The notes below the pieces were generated by a model. That model was not told the origin of the DNA. It worked only from the letters and a program-made list of their open reading frames with translations, and made no database searches. Below are positions 21,159 to 31,337 of a stretch of DNA of 64,000 nt, one piece after another; within the stretch, counting starts at the first letter, position 1, and every line of letters begins with the position of its first letter. Source of the DNA: a virus (taxonomy: Duplodnaviria > Caudoviricetes); the IMG/VR virus record IMGVR_UViG_3300020045_010460, positions 7,800-71,799 of that record; one strand, written 5' to 3'. Made by a program: the position numbers and the translations under genes.

Positions 21159-24100
21159 ATGAACTGTAAAATAGTCTATAATTCACAGAATACTGCAACA
21201 GGAGTTTTAAATAGCAACGGAGAAGACTCAAAACTGTTTCAACAAATCTATAATAACCCACACATACAAAACTTCGATAAGGCTCTTGATATCTATCAGG
21301 AGTTTATGTCTTTTAATCTTGTAGATTCCGATTTGCAATATAAAACCCCGCAAGGAGTAATATATAATACTTTCAAAGAAGCTTTAAAAGCTACAAATGA
21401 AGGTAAAATACAAGCTGTAGTTGGAGATAAAGAGCTGTTCTCCATAGACAGCAACACCAATACCTCCACATTTTCAGGACTTTTAAATAGCCTAATAAAA
21501 TCAGATTTATTGGTTGGGGAAACTTATGTAGATGGGTTAGGCAGAACAATCTACAAAGCAGAGGGTAAAAGCCAAGATAAACAAATTATTACATCTACAC
21601 TTGCCAAAGCAGAAGCTAAACAACAGTTAGGAAGAGCAGTTAAGATGTTACCTAATGGCGGACTATATTTTGATGAAAATAGACTGAATGGAGAAATTGC
21701 CGTAACGGATAAAAATGGAGAAACTCAATTTATCACTAAAAAAGAGTTGGACGAAATGTCTTTCAAACAACTTAATGCTAAATTTGAAGATTCTATAGGT
21801 ATTTTGGCATCCCGTGAACTAAACCAAGCAGTAAAAACTCATTCTGACGATATGAGTGAAACTACAAACTTAGTGGCAGAAAATGTATTGCAAGAAAAAC
21901 TATTAAAACTGTTGAAAAAAATGGGGATTAAAACCCTTGATTTAACAACTTACGTAGAAAAATATTCTCAAAAGAATGGAGCAGCCCCTTCAGCATCAGC
22001 TTTGGCGGATTTAGGACAGAAAATTATAGCCTTTAAAGACGGGCAAATTACATCTCAAGACTTGAATGAAGAGATGGCTCACTTTATTGTAGCATCTACT
22101 CCAAAAGCAGAATTGGAAAACATCCTTAGAAACATCCACCAAACTAAAGAATGGTTAGAAAATTCCCAAATTTATAGAGAAATTTACAGCAGCTCCTACA
22201 CAGGAGAAGCTTTAGAAGATATTGTAAGAGAAGAAGTTTTAGGTAAGGTTTTGGCAAATGCTATGCAAAGAGAATTTACCCAAGAAGAGAATAGTACAGA
22301 AACCGAGAGAAGTATTATAGACCAATTAGCAGACTTTTTTGACAAGTTTTTTGCAAGAATTGAAGCATTCTTCAAACCCGCATATGAAACAGAATTAAAT
22401 AACTATCTTGATAGCGTATATGCAAATTTAATGCAAGATACGTTATTCAACAAACTAGATATGACGTTGTTAGAAAGCAGAAGAGCAACGTTATTTAGTG
22501 TTGACATATCGAAAAGAGATGTTGTAACAGAGTTGTATAATAAGGCGGTTGAAACACTTACAATTATAAATTCTCAGCAACAAACTTTGTCAAAACGTGG
22601 CGGGCAATCAGCTAACAAACAGCTTATTAAGAGTGCTAAAGAGGGCTTCAAATCTTTGGAAGACCAAAAACTCACTGAACAGGAAGATGCCATAAGAAAG
22701 ATAAAAGCTATTGCTAATATAAGCTTAGTGGCTAAAAAACAAGTGGACAGCTTATCTAGAGCCGTTGCAAAAAAGAAAGAGGGAGAATTTCCATTCACTC
22801 AGGAAGAAAACGCTGTATTTGAGACATTTAAAAATGTAACTTTAAACTTATTAACAGAAGTAAAAGCTTTAATTACAAAACAAGATAATAGCAAAGATTA
22901 TAAAGATATTATAAAACAAATAGAGGACACTCAAGCAACTTTTGAAAAATTCAACGGAGTAGTTAGAGTAGATGAAAATGTAGCTATTCAAAACTTAGTT
23001 GATAGAGTGGCTATTAAGCACAATTTAACGGCACAACAAAAAGCATCTTTAGAAAAAGCTATAAAATCAGCACAACAAGATACAAATGTCTTGCACACTT
23101 TCTTAGGTAGTTTAGTCGCCGCACGTTCTCCATTATTAAACATAGCGGGAGATATTATTGCAACAGTTCATATTCAACACAGAAACACTCACTTAAAAGA
23201 TATTAAACCTTTTGTGCAAACATTGGAAGATTTAAAAATGTCACCAAAAGAGTTAGTAGAGTTTAAAAAAGGAAGTTATTTAATAAATGATATTGACAAT
23301 ACAAAATTAGATGAATTCCAACAAAGAGTAAAAGAAACTGTTTATAAAAAAGTAACAGGTAAAGAATACACAGAAGAAGGTTTTGATAACCTAGAAGGGG
23401 CTGAGTTAAAAAATTATAACAACACTTATAGAGACGTAATTTCTGAAATTAAAGAGCAGTTTTTTACTAAAAAATATATTGACGAACAAAATGAGATATT
23501 TCAATTTGTGGCACAACCTGCTTTAGATTATCATAAAAAATACAGAGCACAATTGGCTGAAATACGAGCCAGAGCTACAAAAAATGGAATTACAATTTAC
23601 GATGCTAATGATAGAGTAGAAATAGAGGATTTAAATAACTCTAGAAACGAGATTGCCAACTTCTATGACTCTACAGGAAAACTAAAAGAAGGTTTGGTAA
23701 GCAGGTATAATGCAGAAACAGGAAAGTATGATGTAGGGTTAAGTGAGAATTCGGCAGGAACAGATGGAGAAATGGCTTATGGACTTAATCAAATTGGAGA
23801 ATTAACTAGAGCTCAGTTTACAGATGTAGAAGCAGACACAACACTCCCTGTAAAGTTTATAGAAGAATATAATAGCTTATCCACACAAGAAGAAAAAACT
23901 AACTTTTTATTTCTAAATGCTTATGTAGGATTTAATGATGAGTTTTGGGATAATTTTGGTAAATCTGAAACGTTATTCAAAAAACTGCAAGATATAAAAA
24001 CCGAAGAAAACGCAGAAGAGATTGAAGAGATAATTGATGAGATAAATACAGCTCAACAAAAAATAGCTTATATTCAAAAATCTAACAGGGTATTTAACAG

Positions 24101-26789
24101 ACCTTCAGAGACTAATACCAATAATATGGATATGTCTCAAAAAACTACAGTTAAAGAGGCAACGCAGGACTTAGAATACGCATTTTCAAAAGCTAATTTA
24201 TTATTACCAAAAGAAGAAAGAGAAGAAGTTGAGAAAGCATTTGATACTCAGGTAAATGACGCATTTAAAGAAGAATTAGAAGATTCAGGTAGAGACACTT
24301 TAGAAAAACAAATAGATTTTATTAGACAACACGTAACAGATAAAAATAAAAAGAACATTGATAAAGCTTCTACTGTAGTTGACAACCTAATTTCGGGAAG
24401 GCTTTTAGAAGTACCTAGTTTCTTAAAATCAGCTCTCTCTTTAGATATGCAGGAAGATGAAGCAAAACAAGCTTTATTACAATATGCTCAAAGTAAGTTA
24501 CTACCATACTATAAAAGAACCGAACCTAAAGGATTTACTCAGTTATTGGAGGATTTAAAAGCAGGGGGAAGTTTAAAGGACTTTGCAGACAATCCTAATG
24601 TAAAAGTAAATCCTAATTTCTCTTTTTATGACAATGTAGCCAATACAAATATCAATGAAGAGTTTTTAAAAAACAAGGAAAATAAGAGATTACAGATTAG
24701 AAAAGGAGATATCACTCTAACTAACGAACTATTCAAAGGAGAAGTTGTAAATTTTGATGATATCAGTTTTGAGACACTAAAAAGCAATGAACGTAAATTC
24801 AAAGCCTATCAAGCTATCTTAAACTTACAAAAAGCAACGTTAGAAAATTACGGTATAGAAGACTCTCATAACATCTATAAAATTCCACAAATAGGAAAAA
24901 GGGGGTTTAGACAGATTCAAGAACTAGCTCAAAAATGGTCAGATTCAAAAACTTGGGCAGAAGCTAGAAAAGATTTATTAGAATTCAGAGAAGATGAGTC
25001 AGAACTAGGACAAGACTATGAAGGAAGAGCGGCTTCAAAACTAATGGCTTCCAACATTATTCCAATGTATTATGTAAATGATTTAAAAAATCAAGAGGAT
25101 TTATCTGATGAGTTACTTCATTCTTATGCTCTTATGAATCAACAATCAGCTTTATACAGAGCTAGAGTTGACAATTTAGGAGATATGTTATCGGTTAAAA
25201 AGGCTATCTTAGATACAACGTTTGAAGATAAATCAGCAGAGGCTTCTAACACTTATAAAATGTGGAAATCTTATATGGATTTTAACTTTTATGGAATTAA
25301 GGAAAACTTACAATATTCTGTAAATGTTTTAGGAGTAATTAAAGTGGATTTGGCAAAAGTGTTGAAAAACTTTATGAAATTCTCTTCTTTTGTAAACTTA
25401 GCAGGTATTACAGTGCCATTAACCAACTTACTTCAATCATCTGTGAATAAAGGAGTTGAGACAATTGTCGGCGAAAAAGTAAATAGAATAGCAAGTTTAG
25501 AGGCAAATGCAGAGTTTAGAAAACTAGCTCCCGCAATGTCAGGAGAAGTTTTAGGAATTAATTCAAAAAGCCGAGGAAATGTTCTTATGGAAAACTTTGG
25601 AATTTCTGATGTAGTTTCTAAAAGGTATGAAAATTCAAATTATAGTAAATTTACAAGAGGGTTAGGTAAACTGCCTCACATAACTCACGAAATGGCAAAC
25701 TTTCCAACAATACCAAGAACTGTTCTAGCTGTTTTGATGGACAATAGGTATTACAAAGGTAAAGTTATGAGCTTCAATCAGTTTAAAGCCTTGCAGAGAG
25801 TTGAAGGAGTTGCTGATAACAAGCAAATAGAATTAAATTGGAAAAAACAAGAGAAGTTTTATGACGATATGCAGACTAATAACGGGGTCTACTCTATTAA
25901 TTTAGAAAATGCCGCCAAAAAACTAAACATAACAGACCAAGAACAGTTAAATAAATACTTAGACCAAGTTCACATAGGAATATCTACAAGAGTAAAAACA
26001 GCAGTTCAAGATGTGGATATGGCAATACCAGAAGAAGAGAAATCTATTTTGGCAAGAAACTCACTCTCTAACTTATTGTTACAACACTCAGGATGGCTAT
26101 TAATAGCAACAGCTAAAAAGTTCAAAAGTGGACATTTAAATTTAGCTACAGGAGCTTGGGAAGAAGGAAACTGGCAAACAGCAGGGAGATTTATAAAAGA
26201 CATCACTACAGGAGCATCTAAACGAAACGGAGCAAGTTATTTACAGCACGTTAAGAATGTATGGGCAGGAGAAAATCTAAAAGACGAGGATGGAAATATA
26301 GATTTAGATAAACTTAAAAATCAGAGAGCTAATCTGACACGTACAGGGGTTGAGATTGCAGTTGTGAATGGGATGTTTTTGATATGCTTAATACTTGCTA
26401 ATATGAAGTCAGATGACGATGATAAAGACGGCATAGATGAGCTAGTAGACTTAGCACATTATTTCGCTTATCGTTCGACGAATGAAATAGCATCCTCCAG
26501 TCTCGCATTGCCTTTACAATATATTGGCAAGCTTAAGTCACCTGTCGTGTCATTAACCACTATGCAAGAAATTGCTACTAGCTATGAAATTTTTAGTAGT
26601 GACATTATTGAAAGAGGGAAATTCCAAGGACAAACGGAGTCTTGGCGTAAAATAAATAAACTAGTACCTTTTGTTAAAGATATCACTAGACTGAGCAATT
26701 TAGATAGGGAACAAAAAAGCTACGCCCACTTTAACGAAGATTTTGAAAATTTTGTAGTGCTCAGTGCATTTGCAGGAGAAGAAAAATAG
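21159..26789 (+). CDS. Very large putative virion/ejection protein (1876 aa) with a zincin-like EExxH...E motif
   Basis: LNEEMAHFIV at about 22062-22091, later REEVLGK; hydrophobic C-terminal helices; followed by a terminator. Confidence 0.55.
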   Translation: MNCKIVYNSQNTATGVLNSNGEDSKLFQQIYNNPHIQNFDKALDIYQEFMSFNLVDSDLQYKTPQGVIYNTFKEALKATNEGKIQAVVGDKELFSIDSNTNTSTFSGLLNSLIKSDLLVGETYVDGLGRTIYKAEGKSQDKQIITSTLAKAEAKQQLGRAVKMLPNGGLYFDENRLNGEIAVTDKNGETQFITKKELDEMSFKQLNAKFEDSIGILASRELNQAVKTHSDDMSETTNLVAENVLQEKLLKLLKKMGIKTLDLTTYVEKYSQKNGAAPSASALADLGQKIIAFKDGQITSQDLNEEMAHFIVASTPKAELENILRNIHQTKEWLENSQIYREIYSSSYTGEALEDIVREEVLGKVLANAMQREFTQEENSTETERSIIDQLADFFDKFFARIEAFFKPAYETELNNYLDSVYANLMQDTLFNKLDMTLLESRRATLFSVDISKRDVVTELYNKAVETLTIINSQQQTLSKRGGQSANKQLIKSAKEGFKSLEDQKLTEQEDAIRKIKAIANISLVAKKQVDSLSRAVAKKKEGEFPFTQEENAVFETFKNVTLNLLTEVKALITKQDNSKDYKDIIKQIEDTQATFEKFNGVVRVDENVAIQNLVDRVAIKHNLTAQQKASLEKAIKSAQQDTNVLHTFLGSLVAARSPLLNIAGDIIATVHIQHRNTHLKDIKPFVQTLEDLKMSPKELVEFKKGSYLINDIDNTKLDEFQQRVKETVYKKVTGKEYTEEGFDNLEGAELKNYNNTYRDVISEIKEQFFTKKYIDEQNEIFQFVAQPALDYHKKYRAQLAEIRARATKNGITIYDANDRVEIEDLNNSRNEIANFYDSTGKLKEGLVSRYNAETGKYDVGLSENSAGTDGEMAYGLNQIGELTRAQFTDVEADTTLPVKFIEEYNSLSTQEEKTNFLFLNAYVGFNDEFWDNFGKSETLFKKLQDIKTEENAEEIEEIIDEINTAQQKIAYIQKSNRVFNRPSETNTNNMDMSQKTTVKEATQDLEYAFSKANLLLPKEEREEVEKAFDTQVNDAFKEELEDSGRDTLEKQIDFIRQHVTDKNKKNIDKASTVVDNLISGRLLEVPSFLKSALSLDMQEDEAKQALLQYAQSKLLPYYKRTEPKGFTQLLEDLKAGGSLKDFADNPNVKVNPNFSFYDNVANTNINEEFLKNKENKRLQIRKGDITLTNELFKGEVVNFDDISFETLKSNERKFKAYQAILNLQKATLENYGIEDSHNIYKIPQIGKRGFRQIQELAQKWSDSKTWAEARKDLLEFREDESELGQDYEGRAASKLMASNIIPMYYVNDLKNQEDLSDELLHSYALMNQQSALYRARVDNLGDMLSVKKAILDTTFEDKSAEASNTYKMWKSYMDFNFYGIKENLQYSVNVLGVIKVDLAKVLKNFMKFSSFVNLAGITVPLTNLLQSSVNKGVETIVGEKVNRIASLEANAEFRKLAPAMSGEVLGINSKSRGNVLMENFGISDVVSKRYENSNYSKFTRGLGKLPHITHEMANFPTIPRTVLAVLMDNRYYKGKVMSFNQFKALQRVEGVADNKQIELNWKKQEKFYDDMQTNNGVYSINLENAAKKLNITDQEQLNKYLDQVHIGISTRVKTAVQDVDMAIPEEEKSILARNSLSNLLLQHSGWLLIATAKKFKSGHLNLATGAWEEGNWQTAGRFIKDITTGASKRNGASYLQHVKNVWAGENLKDEDGNIDLDKLKNQRANLTRTGVEIAVVNGMFLICLILANMKSDDDDKDGIDELVDLAHYFAYRSTNEIASSSLALPLQYIGKLKSPVVSLTTMQEIATSYEIFSSDIIERGKFQGQTESWRKINKLVPFVKDITRLSNLDREQKSYAHFNEDFENFVVLSAFAGEEK

Positions 26790-26808
26790 TCACACTTATC
26801 TTTAAACT

Positions 26809-26840
26809 AATCCTCTATATTAATTTATAGGGGATTTTTT
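26809..26840 (+). terminator. Rho-independent terminator closing the structural module
   Basis: ATCCTCTATA-loop-TATAGGGGAT stem followed by a T-run. Confidence 0.8.
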
Positions 26841-27135
26841 GCGCCTATTCGCTTCATATTTTCTGTTGTTTTATTTTTTATGGCAAAAAATAGATAAAAT
26901 AATAGTTGCACAATTAAAAATAAAACCTTATCTTTGTTTAATAAAAATTAAATATGGACAAAACTCAAATATACAGGCTAAATAAATTAGGTATTAACAC
27001 TGATAAATGCACTATAGATATTTTTGAAGATTTATTGAATATAGCTGAACATTTATATGAAGAGCTTGAAATAAGAGAAGAAGACAGAATGAGAATTGAG
27101 ATAAATAGATTAAGTAGAAATCCCACAAATTAATT

Positions 27136-27396
27136 ATGAGAACAGGTAGAACACAAGTATCTTTAGAAACAATAGTAGACCAACTAAGCAAAGGAAACTC
27201 TGTTTTTGTAGCTATGTTAAAAATACCAAAGGATTATATAGACAGACTTCATAAAGATTTCTGTATAGATGTAATTGCAACACCTTGTTATGTTACTAGA
27301 AATTATAATATGATTTTTGAAGATGTACCTCCATACAAAGTTTGGGAATCGGGCGGAGAAAAACAACTAATAGGATATGAATTTAGAAAGATATGA
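27136..27396 (+). CDS. Hypothetical protein
   Basis: ORF with overlapping stop/start to the next gene. Confidence 0.55.
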   Translation: MRTGRTQVSLETIVDQLSKGNSVFVAMLKIPKDYIDRLHKDFCIDVIATPCYVTRNYNMIFEDVPPYKVWESGGEKQLIGYEFRKI

Positions 27397-27767
27397 AAGA
27401 AACAGTTAGAGTAGCTATTTCAGGTTCTAGAAGTATTACAAATAGAGCTTTTGTTTTTAACTCTTTGAATTATTTTTTGCGCCGACTTTTAGAGGAATAC
27501 AATGTTATCATAATTCACGGAAATGCAAAAGGTGTAGATTCTATAGCAAATGAATGGGCTATTAGTAAAGGATTAGAAATAATAATTTTTGAACCTGAAT
27601 ATGGAAAATATCCTTTAAGAGTAGCCCCGATTAAAAGAAATGAAACTATAGTAGAAAATTGTGACTATTTACTTGCGATAACGACAGGTTCAAACGGAAC
27701 GGCTTCAACAATAAATTTCGCCAAAAAACAGAATAAAATAGTAAAAGTAATAACAGTAGGGAATTAA
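27393..27767 (+). CDS. SLOG-superfamily protein (DUF2493/YspA-like)
   Basis: RVAISGSRS, IIHGNAKGVDSIANEWA, APIKRNETIV, GTASTINFAKK. Confidence 0.8.
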   Translation: MKETVRVAISGSRSITNRAFVFNSLNYFLRRLLEEYNVIIIHGNAKGVDSIANEWAISKGLEIIIFEPEYGKYPLRVAPIKRNETIVENCDYLLAITTGSNGTASTINFAKKQNKIVKVITVGN

Positions 27768-27915
27768 TTATGATAGTAGAAATATTTTACGACGCAAAAT
27801 GTAAATTCTGCCAACACTTCAAAAGATACAGCGAAGGAAAAAGAGTAAAACATAAATGCAACTTAACAGAGGAGTCTCTTACATTAAAGAGTAAACCGTG
27901 TGATAAATTTGAATT

Positions 27916-28319
27916 ATGAAACAGACAAAACAACAGAAAGCTAAGAGTAAATTAATAGCTTATTATAAATTTAAAGACTGTGATTTTTATTCTTTCGGCG
28001 AAGAAATATATTTAAACTGTCAAGATAACGCAGGAGAAAAAGCAACAGATGTTTTTGAAGAATTGGAATTAACAAGAAAAGAAAGTATAGGATTATGTGG
28101 ATAAACAATAGAATAGCAAAGCCTCTGAGAAAAGGAGAGTACAGAACTTTAGTAGAAGAGGACGGATTAGGAAATCTATGTGAAGCAAATAATGAGCTAT
28201 TTAATGGATTTGATTGGGATGTTTACCACTCTCATAGTCAGTTTATTCATTTTTGGTGGGCGGAAAAAGAAGATTACACAATAATAGCAGATAAATTAGA
28301 AGAAAATAGAGATAAATGA
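27916..28319 (+). CDS. Two small hypothetical proteins (27916-28104, 28095-28319)
   Basis: Tightly packed co-oriented ORFs. Confidence 0.5.
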
Positions 28320-28828
28320 AAAAATTACTAATACTTTTAGCTTTACTATCACAAACAGTTAAAGCACAATCAAATTTCAGAATAAACGACAGAGAGTTTT
28401 TCACTCTAAGCACTTCAATAGACCCTTATGCTTCATATAAAGAAAAAGGAATTGACATTGTAGGAGAAATAGAATATGCAGGAGTAATTTATGCAAAAGC
28501 TGGATTTGAATCTTTTGAAGCTTTACACGGCGGATATAGAGATATTCACGGAGCAATTGGTTTAAACTTTGTTTCAGGATACTATGGAGAATTTAGACAT
28601 TATGTAGGAGGTAGAACAGCAAAGGTTTGGAGAGGAGATAGTTGGAGAATTAATTATGGTTTAGAATGTGGAGTTGATTATGCAGTAAATGATAATCTGT
28701 TTTTAGGTTTTAGAGCGACATACGACAAGCGATTTGACCAAGAAATATTTGGTTGGAATCCTGAAAATAAGTTGAATGGATTCGTCAGGGTGGGCTGGAA
28801 ATGGTTTTGGAAAAATAGAGGATATTAA
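28316..28828 (+). CDS. Secreted outer-membrane beta-barrel-like protein
   Basis: Sec signal peptide MKKLLILLALLSQTVKA|Q; alternating amphipathic beta-strands rich in Gly/Tyr/Phe; C-terminal GFVRVGWKW. Confidence 0.65.
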   Translation: MKKLLILLALLSQTVKAQSNFRINDREFFTLSTSIDPYASYKEKGIDIVGEIEYAGVIYAKAGFESFEALHGGYRDIHGAIGLNFVSGYYGEFRHYVGGRTAKVWRGDSWRINYGLECGVDYAVNDNLFLGFRATYDKRFDQEIFGWNPENKLNGFVRVGWKWFWKNRGY

Positions 28829-28830
28829 TT

Positions 28831-29187
28831 ATGAAAAAACACGGTAAATATTTGTTTGTAGAAAATGATATGACTTCTGTAATATCAGACTTATCAGATA
28901 GTTATATAAAAGGATTTGACCAAGACGAGGGAAAGAGAATTAAACTTCCACACAACAACTATGTTTTATTAGGAATAGTACAGGAATGTATAGATTCTCC
29001 CTATGCAGAAGAATTTTCAAAAGAAATTGTTGACTACGTTACTCCAAATGAAGGTTATGGAGGATATAGAGATTACACTGTAGATGAATGGTCGTTTTAT
29101 TTAGATACAGCCGTTAGTAGTATGAGAAAGTTGATAGAGAGATTAGACTTAAACTTAACAGATTATATTTTAAAAGATGAGAAATAA
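28831..29187 (+). CDS. Hypothetical protein
   Basis: 118-aa ORF in operon. Confidence 0.55.
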   Translation: MKKHGKYLFVENDMTSVISDLSDSYIKGFDQDEGKRIKLPHNNYVLLGIVQECIDSPYAEEFSKEIVDYVTPNEGYGGYRDYTVDEWSFYLDTAVSSMRKLIERLDLNLTDYILKDEK

Positions 29188-30313
29188 CATAATCCAGGAA
29201 ATGTTGGACAAAATAACACCAGAACAACACGCTCAATTTGAAAGAAAGTTTCTAGAAGATTGGGCTTATAGTAGATGGTTAGAAGAACAGGGTAAAGAGT
29301 ATGGAACAGATACTTCAATAAGTTTAGATACGTTAAGAGAGGCGGGACACTTTCCAATAGGGATAACTAAATATGCGTGCGAGGAACTATTTATTTTTCA
29401 TACAAAGTATGAGGCACACAAAGCATATAGGGAATTAGAATTTCACAAAAGAAGTGCTGTTGGCTGGTGGTATTCTAAAAATCAGTTTCAAAAAGAAATT
29501 AGCAATGATAAGTATTTTAATTCTAAAATATATTGGTTAACAGATAAAATAAAACCTCTATGGAAAGCTAGGGTTGGTGAGATACACACAACTAATGAAG
29601 GTTGTAAGTTTACAATCATTATGTGTAATGACCAGCAAAACTGCACTATCCAATTTGATGATATAAATAAAACTATATTGGAAAAAGTGAGCTATACACA
29701 TATACTAAATAAAAGTATTAAAAATCCATATAATCCCTCTGTATGCGGCATTGGATTTTTAGGGGTAGGTAAATATAAAACATCTAGTAGTAAGAAAAAA
29801 ACAAAATTTTATACCCACTGGATTAATATGTTGAAAAGATGTTATTCGGAAAAGTGTCATATTAAACAGCCAACTTACAAAGAAACAACAATATGCGAAG
29901 AATGGAAGTGCTTTCAAGTATTTGCAAAATGGCACGAAGATAGTTGGAAGCCTTGGATGGATAGAACGTGGCAATTAGACAAAGATATTCTACTTAAAGG
30001 TAATAAAATCTATAGTCCTGAGACCTGCTGTTTTGTTCCAGCCGAGATAAATAAGATGTTTGTAAAAAATGATATAAACAGAGGAGAATATCCAATAGGT
30101 GTAACAGTTAGAGATAATGGAAGCATAATTATGCAAATAACAATATGTAATAAGGGATATTCTAAAACTTGCCACACTATAGAAGAAGCATTCCAATTAT
30201 ATAAAACTTTAAAAGAAGGGGATATCAAAGATAAAGCTAATAAGTGGAAGAATAAACTAGATTTAAAAGTTTACGATGCACTAATTAACTACAAAGTAGA
30301 AATAACAGATTAA
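29177..30313 (+). CDS. Unknown about 120-aa domain fused to an HNH-type homing endonuclease with an AP2-like C-terminus
   Basis: WINMLKRCY...ICEEWKCFQVFAKW...WQLDKDILLKGNKIYSPETCCFVP; near-identical motif in 47523-48296. Confidence 0.75.
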   Translation: MRNNIIQEMLDKITPEQHAQFERKFLEDWAYSRWLEEQGKEYGTDTSISLDTLREAGHFPIGITKYACEELFIFHTKYEAHKAYRELEFHKRSAVGWWYSKNQFQKEISNDKYFNSKIYWLTDKIKPLWKARVGEIHTTNEGCKFTIIMCNDQQNCTIQFDDINKTILEKVSYTHILNKSIKNPYNPSVCGIGFLGVGKYKTSSSKKKTKFYTHWINMLKRCYSEKCHIKQPTYKETTICEEWKCFQVFAKWHEDSWKPWMDRTWQLDKDILLKGNKIYSPETCCFVPAEINKMFVKNDINRGEYPIGVTVRDNGSIIMQITICNKGYSKTCHTIEEAFQLYKTLKEGDIKDKANKWKNKLDLKVYDALINYKVEITD

Positions 30314-30324
30314 AAAACAAGTGT

Positions 30325-31299
30325 ATGAAAAGATTATTTAAATGGGAATATAAACCTTCAGGTAATTGTCCTGTACAAGCAGAAGGATGGTTTTTAAACT
30401 ATTATTTTTATTTTCGCGCAAGAGGAACTAAAGCAACAATAGAGTTTTATAAAAATAGGGAAGATTTTGACGATGATGACTACATAAATTATATTGAGTT
30501 AAAAGAAACAGAAGAATATCAAGCAGGGTGGCTTAGCAAAGAAGTGTGTAAATGGTTGGTGTATAAAGGCTGTTTTTTATTTCTTTTCGGCGGAAAATAT
30601 TAAATATAAAAAGATGAACAATAGAGAAATGCAATTAAAACAGTTGGGGTTTGAGAGGAATGAACATCAATTCTGTTTCCACCATTATAAATACGGAAGT
30701 GTTTGGACAGTAGATTTTTGGGACATTACAGAGCTTACAGATGAAGAATGGGAAGAAGATATCAAATTTCTAAAAAATGCTCTTAAATTAACTAAAAAGA
30801 GGTATTTTGAGGATTTAAAACTATCTGAGGGGTACAAATTGTGCGAAAAAGAAATAAAACAGAAACTTTTGGACAAACTAAACCACTTACGTAGTGATTA
30901 CCAACAACAAACACAAAGTAAATTAGGAAGAACATCTAACTTTAAGTACGAGACAGAGTTACAAGCACAGATAACGTTACTAAAAAAACTAATGAAATGA
31001 GAACAAATAGCATACTTGACGATTTTTTAACAGTCCGTTATTGGTAAAAATTAAATATAAAGAAATCAATACAACAATGGATTCATTTAAAAAAAACTAA
31101 AATGACACAAGACCAGTATAATAGAGCAGGTTTAATATTAGAACAGATAAATGCCGCAAAAAGACTAAAAGAAAGGATAAAAACGGATTATAATAAGTAT
31201 AAAGATATAGACGAACACTTAAAAGAAACCCTAAATAAGTGTAATGAAGCAATATCTATACTAATAGAGATAGATGAAAATAAATTTAAAGAGTTGTAA
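30325..31299 (+). CDS. Three small hypothetical proteins (30325-30603, 30614-31000, 31102-31299)
   Basis: Co-oriented ORFs ending at the convergent terminator. Confidence 0.5.
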
Positions 31300-31306
31300 A
31301 ACAAAT

Positions 31307-31333
31307 AAAGCTACCCGTAATTGAGTAGCTTTT
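31307..31333. terminator. Bidirectional terminator at the convergence of the + and - gene blocks
   Basis: AAGCTACCC-GTAATT-GAGTAGCTT stem with A-rich and T-rich flanks; gene orientation switches here. Confidence 0.75.
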
Positions 31334-31337
31334 CTTT

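Noticed and set aside
10358-26789. Virion RNA polymerase among the giant proteins (as in crAss-like phages)
   Set aside because: No convincing DFDID/DxDGD catalytic motif; near-matches (DFDIR, DLDDLD, NIDLD) lack context. Needs a profile search.
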